Source: an uncultured bacterium (GTDB lineage: Bacteria; Patescibacteriota; Minisyncoccia; Phycocordibacterales; GWA1-40-21). From it: a stretch of DNA of 64,000 nt. The position numbers and the translations under genes are program-made. Shown here piece by piece: positions 55,071 through 64,000 of this stretch (position 1 is the first letter of the stretch; every line of letters starts with the position of its first letter). The notes beneath the pieces were generated by a model, which was not told where the DNA came from, did no database searches, and was given only the letters and a program-made list of their open reading frames with translations. The DNA lies in assembly GCA_903832855.1 (NCBI GenBank), contig CAILDB010000017.1, forward strand, positions 4,992 to 68,991, written 5' to 3'.

Positions 55071-56090
55071 TTAATTCTTTAAAAGCTTTTTTACTTCCCT
55101 GTCAAAATCAGAAATATAATTTTTGTCCTGTAGAACGCGGTATTTTTCATATTCGTTCTCCGCTAATGCAATCGCTATATCATGAGAAATTTTTCCATTA
55201 TCTTCTAAAATCTCTCTTTCATTGAACTTCAAAAAGACATCTAATTTTTTCACCCAATCCTTCATCTTCATCGCTATTCCTTTTTGTGCCTGCATCTCCG
55301 CGTAATCAAGATACATCGTCACAATTCTATTGAGTCCATCCAATTCTTTTTCATCCAAATAATTCTTGGCAATCGTCACATCGGTAATTCTGATTGCACC
55401 TTTGGGAGAATTCTTCCAGTTTGTCAATCCCAGATTCGGCTTCGCACTGCCGACCCTTTTATAAATAATTTCCGCAGCGGTTTGACCGGATATGGCAAAG
55501 TGTAATTTATTCTGCACTGTGGCAAAAAATTGTTTAGTGATTTCCTCGTTTGGATCATAATCAGTACTACATTGCATATAAATATCTGTAACTTTTTGAT
55601 AAAATCTCCTCTCACTGGAACGAATATTCCTGATTCTTGCCAGTTGTTCCTCAAAATAATCTTTACCAAAAATATTATAAGGGTCTTTCAATTTCTCGTC
55701 ATTCATTGCAAAACCTTTGATGATATATTCTTTCAATCTTTCAGTCGCCCAAATGCGAAATTGTGTAGCTTGAGTGCTATTCACTCTGTATCCGACTGAA
55801 ATAATCGCATCGAGGTTATAATATCGTGTTTTATAAATCTTTCCATCACTGGCAGTTGTTTCCATAATGGAAATAACTGAATCTTCTTGTAATTCTCCGC
55901 TCTCAAAGATATTCTTAAGGTGTTTATTCACAGCTGGTATACCAACACCGAAAAGTTCCGAGATTTTAGCCTGAGTCAGCCAAATATTTTCATTATGAAG
56001 AAATATCTCAACTTTTACTTTTCCATTTGGCGTCGTATATAGCAAAAATTCCGTAAAACTATTTTGTTTGATAATTTTATTATTTTTCAT
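55071..56090 (-). CDS. RhuM-family (virulence-protein RhuM-like) protein
   Basis: NIWLTQAKISELFGVGIPAVNKHLKNIFESGEL and full 339-aa length. Confidence 0.7.
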   Translation of the reverse strand: MKNNKIIKQNSFTEFLLYTTPNGKVKVEIFLHNENIWLTQAKISELFGVGIPAVNKHLKNIFESGELQEDSVISIMETTASDGKIYKTRYYNLDAIISVGYRVNSTQATQFRIWATERLKEYIIKGFAMNDEKLKDPYNIFGKDYFEEQLARIRNIRSSERRFYQKVTDIYMQCSTDYDPNEEITKQFFATVQNKLHFAISGQTAAEIIYKRVGSAKPNLGLTNWKNSPKGAIRITDVTIAKNYLDEKELDGLNRIVTMYLDYAEMQAQKGIAMKMKDWVKKLDVFLKFNEREILEDNGKISHDIAIALAENEYEKYRVLQDKNYISDFDREVKKLLKN

Positions 56091-56097
56091 AATGGGT

Positions 56098-56697
56098 TTA
56101 TTTTATCATATTAAACTTTTTGAGGATTTTCTTGCGGAAAATGATAATAAGAACTAAAACTACGACAACAAAAATCAAAAGTAACAAGTTTTTCGGGCTC
56201 ATGAATAGATAATTAAAATAACTGTCTAAATTGTAACCGAGAAAAAATATAAATGGGACATAGATAAAGACTGCGAGAGTATTTAGCAGAAAAAACTTTT
56301 TCCAGTGGACATTCAAAGTCCCGGCAATGGAAGGCCCTGCCATTCGCAAAAAAGGAATAAATCTAGAAAAGAAAATTATTCTGCCAATATGATGAGAGAC
56401 AAAATCCTGATCCTTCATAAAACCCCTCAGGAAAAACTTATTTACAAAACGAATTACGAATTTGCTACCGATTTTTGCGAGGTGAAACAGAAGATTATCG
56501 CCAAGAATTATGGCCAAAATAGATACAATAATAGCCGGAATAACCTTTATGAGTCCGGCGCTTGCCATGTATCCTGCAATAAAAATTATTACTTCCTCTG
56601 GCATAGGAAACAGGTATCCGGCACAAAGTAATATTAAAAAAATCGCTCCATAAGCGAACTGATCTACAAGTGATACAAATAAAAATGTGTAATCCAT
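56098..56697 (-). CDS. DedA-family (VTT domain) membrane protein
   Basis: YGAIFLILLCAGYLFPMPEEVII ... ILGDNLLFHLAKIG ... FFSRFIPFLRMAGPSIAG match the DedA signature. Confidence 0.6.
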   Translation of the reverse strand: MDYTFLFVSLVDQFAYGAIFLILLCAGYLFPMPEEVIIFIAGYMASAGLIKVIPAIIVSILAIILGDNLLFHLAKIGSKFVIRFVNKFFLRGFMKDQDFVSHHIGRIIFFSRFIPFLRMAGPSIAGTLNVHWKKFFLLNTLAVFIYVPFIFFLGYNLDSYFNYLFMSPKNLLLLIFVVVVLVLIIIFRKKILKKFNMIK

Positions 56698-56780
56698 CTG
56701 AACTAGTATTATAACATCCAGTCAAAAAATATGGAAATTAAAATTGGCCCCGCGGAGTACGCGGGGCCAAAAAAACGCTA

Positions 56781-57452
56781 CTATTTCAACAAAAAGTACT
56801 GCGACAGGCGACAACCTATCGTTGGGTCATAATGGAAGGGGTTCACTAAACGCATATTGAGCTCACCACCTTTGCCCCCTATCCAGTTTCCGCAAAGGAT
56901 TTCCTTGCCAACCATTGAGCCAGGCAGATATGTGCTACAAAATCTGTCCGGATGATTGGCCCTGCCAATCCTGTGGAAGACAAAATAGTCATACAACGTC
57001 AGTCTTTCGTTATTCGGGATTGCGGGCCACGCCGAGCGCCCGATAGTTTTATTCAGGAGTGGCACATTACGCATATCCGGTTCGCTGTGAAGAAGGACAA
57101 TGTGCGATTGAACATCTGTCATGGTTTCCCAGATTTGCTCTGGCTCAAAACCATGATAAGTGAGCTTATAGTCTTGCAACATCGTTTCGATATTGTTCCT
57201 CCATAAATGGATTGGCAAACCAAGAATAAAAAGATCGAAACCTTTTGCAAAAACAGCCTCGAGGATTTCTTTCTGGTTCGCTGTCCATATACGACGAAAA
57301 ACCTGTGAAAAATTTGGTAAAAGGTTGATTCCAGCCGCCGTGTAAATTGATCCGAAAAAGCCAATGAGCACATCGATGTCAAACACGACAGTCTCTTTTC
57401 CTGACCCATCAATTTTCACAATTCGACCATCTTTTAATTCATAGCGGTCCAT
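56781..57452 (-). CDS. hypothetical protein (223 aa)
   Basis: Soluble, His/Asp-rich (HIVLLHSEPD, FHRIGRANHPDRF); no family recognised. Confidence 0.45.
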   Translation of the reverse strand: MDRYELKDGRIVKIDGSGKETVVFDIDVLIGFFGSIYTAAGINLLPNFSQVFRRIWTANQKEILEAVFAKGFDLFILGLPIHLWRNNIETMLQDYKLTYHGFEPEQIWETMTDVQSHIVLLHSEPDMRNVPLLNKTIGRSAWPAIPNNERLTLYDYFVFHRIGRANHPDRFCSTYLPGSMVGKEILCGNWIGGKGGELNMRLVNPFHYDPTIGCRLSQYFLLK

Positions 57453-57619
57453 CTCTTGCCTCTTTCCTTTGTTGTTTATTCGAGTCTTCTAGAACCCAAA
57501 TGTGTACATATACTCTGAAAATTATATTAGACGTTAAAGCTTGTTTTGTCAAGGCAGTTTGCATTTAATCTATAAGAATGTAAACTGGTGTGATGGACAA
57601 TAAAAAGGCGGAATTTCCG

Positions 57620-58303
57620 ATGAGAATAAACAAATATCTTGCAGGAAAAGGTATTTCTACGAGAAAAGGTGTGGATAAGCTTGTCGAACAAGGCAAGGTT
57701 TTTATCAATGGCAGAAAAGCTGTTTTGGGAGATAAAGTTCTTGAGACTGACAAGGTGGAAGTGACTCAAAAGGTGAATAAAGGTCAGTATCATTATTTTG
57801 CATACTATAAACCAAGGCAAATCATCACTCACAGTGCGCAAAGGGGAGAAAAAGAAATTAAAAATATTTCCGGAATTTCAGGACTCTTCCCTATCGGCAG
57901 ACTTGATAAAGATTCCGAAGGTTTAATTATTTTAACAAATGACGGTAGAATTACCGAGCGACTTCTTTCACCAGACAAAGAGCACGAAAAAGAATATCAA
58001 ATAAAAACTGCTAATAATATAAAACCACTTTTTATTTCAAAAGCAAAAACTGGAATTGATATTGGTGATTTTATTACAAAGCCAGCCGAGGTCTTTCAAA
58101 AAGATATAAAGAATTTTAATATTATTTTAAAAGAAGGTAAAAAACATCAGATTCGCAGAATGACTGATGCTTATGGTATTGCTATTGAATCATTGAAAAG
58201 AATTCGTATTATGAATATCGTAATTGGAAATCTAAAACCAAATGAACACCGAGAAATTGTCGGCGAAGAACTTGAAACTTTTTTGAAGAGTCTAGGTTTG
58301 TAA
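57620..58303 (+). CDS. RsuA/RluB-family pseudouridine synthase
   Basis: S4 domain MRINKYLAGKGISTRKG and catalytic GRLDKDSEGLIILTNDG; start taken at MRINKYL (track ORF starts 30 nt earlier). Confidence 0.8.
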   Translation: MRINKYLAGKGISTRKGVDKLVEQGKVFINGRKAVLGDKVLETDKVEVTQKVNKGQYHYFAYYKPRQIITHSAQRGEKEIKNISGISGLFPIGRLDKDSEGLIILTNDGRITERLLSPDKEHEKEYQIKTANNIKPLFISKAKTGIDIGDFITKPAEVFQKDIKNFNIILKEGKKHQIRRMTDAYGIAIESLKRIRIMNIVIGNLKPNEHREIVGEELETFLKSLGL

Positions 58304-58305
58304 AA

Positions 58306-58800
58306 CTACAAAAATCTTTGCAAGAGATAGGCACCTAAGAAAATTAGAACAACGAAAACTTGAGTAAGGATACCGTAAATAAAACTGGAAGGTTTTGGAG
58401 CGTGAATTTTTTCGTGAAATTTCTGCACACTTATCATCGGTCCTTTTTTATATAAATGATAAATCAATTGTAAAAAGTCGGGTAAAATTCCTCCGGCAAT
58501 ACCGACAAGTGTAATAAAAATTGTTGCAGGATTAGTAAAAAATATTATTGAGCATAAAATAACGGAAAGGATTATGTCCAAAGACATCGCAAAAATTTGC
58601 GAAAAAAGTCTGTAGTTATGAAAAATATAATGTGTCGGCTCTGAATTTCTATCTAAAAAATAATAATGTCCATAGTCTCTATGTGGTATTGCATCTATTA
58701 AATAATGGCTAGCAAAAGAAGCTCCGAATGCCAATGCCGGATTGAATGACAATAAATTTGCAACCGAAGCGCCGACAAGTGCGTGTGTTAATAAAATCAT
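58306..58800 (-). CDS. putative membrane-bound metal-dependent hydrolase (YdjM/DUF457-like)
   Basis: MILLTHALVGASV...SHYLIDAIPHRDYGH pattern plus TM helices. Confidence 0.4.
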   Translation of the reverse strand: MILLTHALVGASVANLLSFNPALAFGASFASHYLIDAIPHRDYGHYYFLDRNSEPTHYIFHNYRLFSQIFAMSLDIILSVILCSIIFFTNPATIFITLVGIAGGILPDFLQLIYHLYKKGPMISVQKFHEKIHAPKPSSFIYGILTQVFVVLIFLGAYLLQRFL

Positions 58801-59963
58801 TTTATTGAACCTATACAGGTATTATAACTTCTAACTTGTGCATTATAATTATCTGTGAGTGTTTTAATATCTGCATAAAGTGCATCAACCTGTTTGACGA
58901 GAGAATTATACTCCGAAACTTTTAAATTGTAACTAGAAGAATCAATACTGAGCTCGGCTTCCATTGCATTCATTTCTGCCAACTTATTTTTTGCTGTCAC
59001 AATAAGTGTATTTACTTGAGCTGTTTTGGCCTCAAGTTTTGTCTTTGTTGTCGTGTCCGGATATGGGCAAGAAGATGTGGGCCTACCGAAAATTTGCACA
59101 CCGATAATCATATTTGAACCATTATAATTTCCACTCTGTGCATACACACCGATTTCTGTAAATGATGAATTTAAAATATTTGCTCTGTGTCCCTCACTAT
59201 TCATCCACGCAGTTACCAGATTCGCGCCTGATGAGAATTTTCCAAGAGCAATATTTTCTCCTATTAAAAGATATCCGTAGCCGACAGTCTTCGCAATATC
59301 TGAAGCAGAAATGCCCTGTGGAGAAGTATGTTCAAAATATCCTTTTTCAAACATATCTTCAAGTCTTTCCTTGGCAATTTCATCTAGTAATGCATTTTCT
59401 TTCAAATTTTTGTCACCTACTTTTTGTCGCTCAATATTTGTCAGACTGATAATATCTGAAGCATAAAGTCCTCCACTTACCACAGGTACAGTTGGGATAA
59501 CTATAATTGAGCTTGAAGATGTAGCCGCTACAATGGGATTATTAGAAATTATTTTAGGATAAATCTTATTGATAATTTCAACACTAAGTGAATTGAGAAA
59601 ATTATTTTTTGCTTTTGTGGATGATGCAGTGGATAAGCTTGAAGTTGATATTGAATTTGAAAGTGGTGTTTCCAATTTTCCGGAATTTTGAATTTTTGCG
59701 TTTTTAACATCTCCGCATGCCTTTATCGCAACATTTGTTCTGTAGCTATTATCCGGCCATTTTGTCTTATCATTTGCCGATGAAATGTAATTTCCACAGA
59801 CTCCTTCTTTTAAATTCAAAACGACTGTATCATTTATATATTCAAAAAAAGACAGAACTCCTGTTTTTACAGTATTTGCAAAAGCCGATGAAAAAAGAAA
59901 GAAAAGTAAAATAATTAGGAATATGACTGGAAATATGAATAATAATAACTTCTTCTTGTCCAT
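58797..59963 (-). CDS. secreted CAP/SCP (YkwD-like) domain protein with a C-terminal coiled coil
   Basis: N-terminal TM/signal; GYFEHTSPQG...GENIALG...GHRANILNSSFTEIGVY are CAP-domain motifs; 4-nt overlap with the downstream gene. Confidence 0.6.
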   Translation of the reverse strand: MDKKKLLLFIFPVIFLIILLFFLFSSAFANTVKTGVLSFFEYINDTVVLNLKEGVCGNYISSANDKTKWPDNSYRTNVAIKACGDVKNAKIQNSGKLETPLSNSISTSSLSTASSTKAKNNFLNSLSVEIINKIYPKIISNNPIVAATSSSSIIVIPTVPVVSGGLYASDIISLTNIERQKVGDKNLKENALLDEIAKERLEDMFEKGYFEHTSPQGISASDIAKTVGYGYLLIGENIALGKFSSGANLVTAWMNSEGHRANILNSSFTEIGVYAQSGNYNGSNMIIGVQIFGRPTSSCPYPDTTTKTKLEAKTAQVNTLIVTAKNKLAEMNAMEAELSIDSSSYNLKVSEYNSLVKQVDALYADIKTLTDNYNAQVRSYNTCIGSIK

Positions 59964-60018
59964 GCCACTATTTTACCATAAAACTAAAAGTCCTGTAACA
60001 AAATGCTTTTGAAATACA

Positions 60019-60564
60019 TTGCACAGGCCGACTGGGCCGAGCATAGCAAAAAGCCAGCAGGCTTTTATGCGCGTATTTCAAAAGTTTTTTGTGGAAGGAC
60101 ATTTAGCTATGGGTGTATTTCAAAAGCATTTTGCTACGGTACTTTTTATTCTGTGGTATAATTACCTTATGAAATTTTTGAGAGTATTGTTCGGCTACAT
60201 AAAATGGCATTATGGTAGAGCGATTATTTCTTTGACTATTGTTTGGAAAAATCTTGCTGTATTTTTATTTAATTATTTTTCAATCAAATCGCTTACTTTA
60301 AACTTTTTTTCTCAGTGGAAAAGAAAGGGCGAAACACATTTGAAAAAATCCGGAATGGCGGACTGGTTTGAAACTATTATTATAAATACGCTAATGAGAA
60401 TTGTTGGAATAATAATCAGAACTATTGTCATCTTGATCGGTCTTATTGTTTGGATTATTTTTATCATACTCTTCCCTATCGCCCTCGCATTTTGGCTTTT
60501 CATTTTTCCAGCAGTTTTGTATGTTTTACTCTATGGAATAATAATTTTCTTTACAATAAAATGA
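60019..60564 (+). CDS. hypothetical polytopic membrane protein (true start may be the 60169 ATG)
   Basis: Hydrophobic C-terminal half; extended -10 tgGTATAAT at 60154..60162 lies 6 nt before the 60169 ATG (MKFLRVLF), suggesting a leaderless transcript. Confidence 0.4.
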   Translation: MHRPTGPSIAKSQQAFMRVFQKFFVEGHLAMGVFQKHFATVLFILWYNYLMKFLRVLFGYIKWHYGRAIISLTIVWKNLAVFLFNYFSIKSLTLNFFSQWKRKGETHLKKSGMADWFETIIINTLMRIVGIIIRTIVILIGLIVWIIFIILFPIALAFWLFIFPAVLYVLLYGIIIFFTIK

Positions 60565-63026
60565 ACAAAATAAAAACATTTTTAAAACAAAGTCCTCTCT
60601 ATAATGTTCTTTCTACTGAGTCATACATATCAGAAGAACATCGAGAAATTGTAAAAAGAATAACCCGTTGGATAATTATTATTTTACTTTTAGTTCTTAT
60701 CTATCCTCTTTTTTCAAAGTCAGGAACAATTGCAAAATTTGCCACAGCTATGGAGCCGAGATTTGTAGGAATTATCCTGATAAGTATCTCCATTTATGTA
60801 TTTATGGAATTACTTAAATTATATTATTCTTCCACATTTTATTTCGAGAGGGTTGCTCAAAACAAATACAAAAAACACGAAAATTACACATTTTCTGCAG
60901 GCAGAATTCTTTATGCCGGTAGAAATCTAGATGTCGTACACGGTTTCTTTTATTCAAAATTAGGCGGGGAAATTTTGACAAGATTGGGAATAGACAAAAA
61001 TGATGCTTACAATTTCATAAAATCGCAAGAAATAATTCAAAATGAAGATGTCCCGGCATTTCGAGATGGCCTTCTGAAAGTCGCGGATATTATAAATTAT
61101 TTAATGTTAAGTAATACCAATTTTGTTAATTTTTTAAAATCAAAAGCTATAAATTCAGCAGATATAAAAGGAGCTTCGGAATGGGTAATTTATCAAATTG
61201 AATCCGAAGCATACAATATGCAATGGTGGAGACCCGAAACGCTCGCAAGAATGGGAAATATCGGCAAGGGCTGGTCCTTCGGCGAGACATATATTTTGGA
61301 CAAATACAGTCACGATATTTTGAACGACGAGCAGATATCCTCTGAAGCGATGGACTTTTCTTATAGGCAGAAAGAAACATTCCAATTAGAAAATGCTCTT
61401 CTGAAATCAAGTGGCTCAAACGCAATTATTGTAGGAGAGCCGGGTGAGCAAAAAATGCATATTGTCTGGTGTCTCGCGAGAGATATTCGAGACCAAAATA
61501 CCTCTCTTGTGATTACACAAAAAAGACCAATTTTATTTTCTGTAAATTCTATTTTGAGTGTTTGCAAAGATAAAAATTCTCTAGAAAATGAATTGATAAG
61601 ATGCCTAAATGAAGCACACGGTTCAGGAAATATTATTTTGGTAATAGACAATTTGCCTGAGCTCATTTCAATGGCTCTACAGTACGGCTGTGATATTTAC
61701 AATTTATTTGATACATATTTGAAGAGTCCTGAAATACACATTATCGGTCTTGCCAATACAAACGAATTTCATGAAAAAATTGAACCGAACAAAGGATTTG
61801 CAACTAATTTTGAAATAATAAATGCCGAGCCACTTTCTGCAGAGGAAACAGCAAAAATAATTTCAAGCGCTTGCTTGGAAATGGAAAAAATATTTAAGGT
61901 CACTTTTACCTATCAAGCAATTAGAGAAGTTGCAGAAAGTGCTGAATACTACTTCCCTAGCGGTGTTTCCTATGATAGAGCAGAAAATATTTTAAAGGAA
62001 ATTCTTCCTTGGGCAAAAGTAAATGGATACAAAGTAATTGGCAAGGATGAAGTACTTGAATACATTGAGCAGAAAACAAATATTCCAACAAGTGGAAAAA
62101 TAAATGAGTTAGAAAAGGAAAAGCTAATGGGTCTAGAAATTTTGATTGGGCAAAGAGTTATCGGTCAAAAAGATGCAATTGCTGGAATAAGTAATGCTGT
62201 GAGAAGAGCAAGATCAGGAATTAGAAATACAAAAAAACCGATCGGCTCATTCCTATTTTTAGGGCCTACTGGTGTAGGAAAAACAGAGACAGCCAAGGCC
62301 CTAGCACAGGTTTTCTTTAATAGTGAAGAAAATATGATGCGTCTAGATATGTCTGAATATCAAGACGACAATTCTGTTGAAAAACTTATTGGTTCATTTA
62401 AAACAGATAAACCAGGAATTTTCTCAAGTATGCTTCGCGACAAACCATTTGGAGTGGTATTGCTAGATGAATTTGAAAAAACAAATAAAGATGTTTTGAA
62501 TTTATTTTTACAGATTTTAGATGAAGGAGTATTTTCGGATGCGAAAGGAGAAAAAGTAAGCACAAGAAATATTATTTTTATTGCTACATCAAACGCTGGT
62601 GCAGACAAAATCTACGATATGGTAGAAAAGGGTGGAAACCCAAAAGATGCTCAAGAAGAAATACTCGCAGATATTATTTCTCGCGGACTTTTCAAACCAG
62701 AGCTCATAAATAGATTTGATGGAACAATTATTTTTAGTCCTCTCACAAAAGATGATTTGCAAAAAATTGCCGAGATAATGCTCAAAAAAGTTGCATCACG
62801 ACTCGTAGAAAAAGGCATTACTATGAAAATAACTCCAGAAATTATTGATTTTGTCTCTACAAACGGCGCAAACAGGGCCTTTGGTGCAAGACCAATGAAT
62901 CGCTTTATTCAGGATACCGTGGAAAAAGAAATTGCCGAACTCATCATCAAAAATGAAATTTCCGCCGGCACTGTACTATCTTTTGAAATTAGTGGTAAAG
63001 AAATTAAACCAATAATTCTAAAATAG
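60561..63026 (+). CDS. membrane-anchored Clp/Hsp100-family AAA+ ATPase with a degenerate first nucleotide-binding domain
   Basis: N-terminal TM helices; D1 has GEPGEQKM in place of GEPGVGKT and ILVIDNL in place of the Walker B; D2 is intact (GPTGVGKTE, VVLLDEFEK, ATSNAG); start taken at MNKIKTF with an ATGA overlap to the upstream gene. Confidence 0.7.
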   Translation: MNKIKTFLKQSPLYNVLSTESYISEEHREIVKRITRWIIIILLLVLIYPLFSKSGTIAKFATAMEPRFVGIILISISIYVFMELLKLYYSSTFYFERVAQNKYKKHENYTFSAGRILYAGRNLDVVHGFFYSKLGGEILTRLGIDKNDAYNFIKSQEIIQNEDVPAFRDGLLKVADIINYLMLSNTNFVNFLKSKAINSADIKGASEWVIYQIESEAYNMQWWRPETLARMGNIGKGWSFGETYILDKYSHDILNDEQISSEAMDFSYRQKETFQLENALLKSSGSNAIIVGEPGEQKMHIVWCLARDIRDQNTSLVITQKRPILFSVNSILSVCKDKNSLENELIRCLNEAHGSGNIILVIDNLPELISMALQYGCDIYNLFDTYLKSPEIHIIGLANTNEFHEKIEPNKGFATNFEIINAEPLSAEETAKIISSACLEMEKIFKVTFTYQAIREVAESAEYYFPSGVSYDRAENILKEILPWAKVNGYKVIGKDEVLEYIEQKTNIPTSGKINELEKEKLMGLEILIGQRVIGQKDAIAGISNAVRRARSGIRNTKKPIGSFLFLGPTGVGKTETAKALAQVFFNSEENMMRLDMSEYQDDNSVEKLIGSFKTDKPGIFSSMLRDKPFGVVLLDEFEKTNKDVLNLFLQILDEGVFSDAKGEKVSTRNIIFIATSNAGADKIYDMVEKGGNPKDAQEEILADIISRGLFKPELINRFDGTIIFSPLTKDDLQKIAEIMLKKVASRLVEKGITMKITPEIIDFVSTNGANRAFGARPMNRFIQDTVEKEIAELIIKNEISAGTVLSFEISGKEIKPIILK

Positions 63027-63087
63027 AATATGCATAAATGATTCTATAGGAGTCCCTTTACAAAAAAGGACCCCAAAGAGTTATCTA

Positions 63088-63306
63088 CTACATTGTCATA
63101 GAAGACTTGTCCCCTTTTGCAAGTAAATAAATTACCCACAAAGCACTGAGCCCTACTAGAGCATAAACTACTCTAGATGCTCCACTCATATCTCCAAGAA
63201 TTGCTCCAACCAGATTCCAGTTGAAAAATCCAACAAGGCCCCAGTTCAAAGCTCCAACAACGGTAAGGACCATTGTGATCCATCCCATTACTCCGAGTTT
63301 TGCCAT
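63088..63306 (-). CDS. DUF378-family small membrane protein
   Basis: ALNWGLVGFFNWNLVGAILG ... VYALVGLSALW. Confidence 0.6.
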   Translation of the reverse strand: MAKLGVMGWITMVLTVVGALNWGLVGFFNWNLVGAILGDMSGASRVVYALVGLSALWVIYLLAKGDKSSMTM

Positions 63307-63429
63307 AAATTAAAATCAATTTTTAATAATAATAAATAACGACCTACTTATATTATATCACTTGGCCATATTTTTAAAAGCAAGTCATTTTCCAAACAGC
63401 CTCTAAAAGAGTATAATTAAACTTTAAAT

Positions 63430-64000
63430 ATGAGTTTAGATTTAGCCATACAATACATTGATACCTACAAATACTTAGCGCTTTTTGCACTAGCATTTTT
63501 TGAAGGACCTTTGATTTGTTTATTTGCGGGATTTCTCGTCTATTCTGGAACCTTGAGCCTTGTTCCCACTTATATCACCCTTGTACTCGGAGATTTTATC
63601 CCTGATGTCATTTATTACTACGTCGGAATTTTGGGAGACAAAACTAGATTTATAAAAAAGTTCAGACTAAAATTTAATTTTATTAATAATAAAATTGAGC
63701 TTTTATCAAAACTTTGGCACGAGCATGGCAGAAAGACGATGTTTTTCAGCAAACTCGCATATGGCCTCTCTACCCCATTTCTTATCAGTGCCGGCCTTGT
63801 AAAAATGAAAATTGAAAGATTCGTGAGTTTATGTCTTCCAATTACTTTAATTCAACATGCCATAATTTTAACAATCGGGTTTTATTTGGGACATTCATAT
63901 GTCGTTGCAGAAAAATATTTTAAATTTGGATACATTGGAGTTGCTGTCGTGCTTTTGATAGTGATTGCTTTGTATGTCATTTTTGCTAAGTATGCCCAAA
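63430..64000 (+). CDS. DedA-family membrane protein (3' end outside window)
   Basis: YKYLALFALAFFEGPLICLFAGFLV ... LVLGDFIPDVIYYYVG; second DedA paralogue in the window. Confidence 0.55.
   Translation, partial: MSLDLAIQYIDTYKYLALFALAFFEGPLICLFAGFLVYSGTLSLVPTYITLVLGDFIPDVIYYYVGILGDKTRFIKKFRLKFNFINNKIELLSKLWHEHGRKTMFFSKLAYGLSTPFLISAGLVKMKIERFVSLCLPITLIQHAIILTIGFYLGHSYVVAEKYFKFGYIGVAVVLLIVIALYVIFAKYAQ

Noticed and set aside
1-64000. Search for tRNA, rRNA, tmRNA, RNase P and SRP RNA genes
   Set aside because: Scanned intergenic regions by eye for T-loop (GTTCRANYC) plus acceptor-stem patterns, the RNase P AGGAAAGTCCGGGC box and SRP domain-IV motifs; nothing convincing. A covariance-model scan would be needed for certainty.

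Overview
This 64-kb window is AT-rich and gene-dense, and looks like a reduced-genome bacterium, possibly of the Candidate Phyla Radiation (Parcubacteria-like); that placement is inference from gene content only. Most of it is core housekeeping: an infA-rpmJ-rpsM-rpsK-rpsD-rpoA-rplQ-rplM-rpsI block, grpE/dnaK/dnaJ, six aminoacyl-tRNA synthetases (alaS, trpS, aspS, gltX, cysS, plus mnmA/ychF nearby), mraY-ftsW-murG, scpAB, dnaB-recR, rpmA and rplI. I found no rRNA, tRNA or CRISPR array. Four things stand out:

- A family of about 30-bp hairpin repeat units (TGTCAT-arm-loop-arm-ATCCAG) in roughly 20 or more copies. It sits in intergenic leaders and is inserted in frame into at least four proteins, including cysteinyl-tRNA synthetase and a giant surface protein. 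This resembles Rickettsia palindromic elements and is my best candidate for the novel system.
- A 3219-aa surface protein with a Gly-rich domain, LamG and PKD domains and TM helices at both ends, flanked upstream by a NYN-domain nuclease and downstream by CtpA.
- A 250-bp element with perfect ~60-bp inverted-repeat arms (MITE-like, or a structured RNA) upstream of mraY.
- Several unusual accessory genes: an ATP-cone/Mrr-like nuclease fusion, a membrane-anchored Clp/Hsp100 ATPase with a dead first ATPase domain, a RhuM gene plus a truncated copy, and a PilM-like pair upstream of infA.
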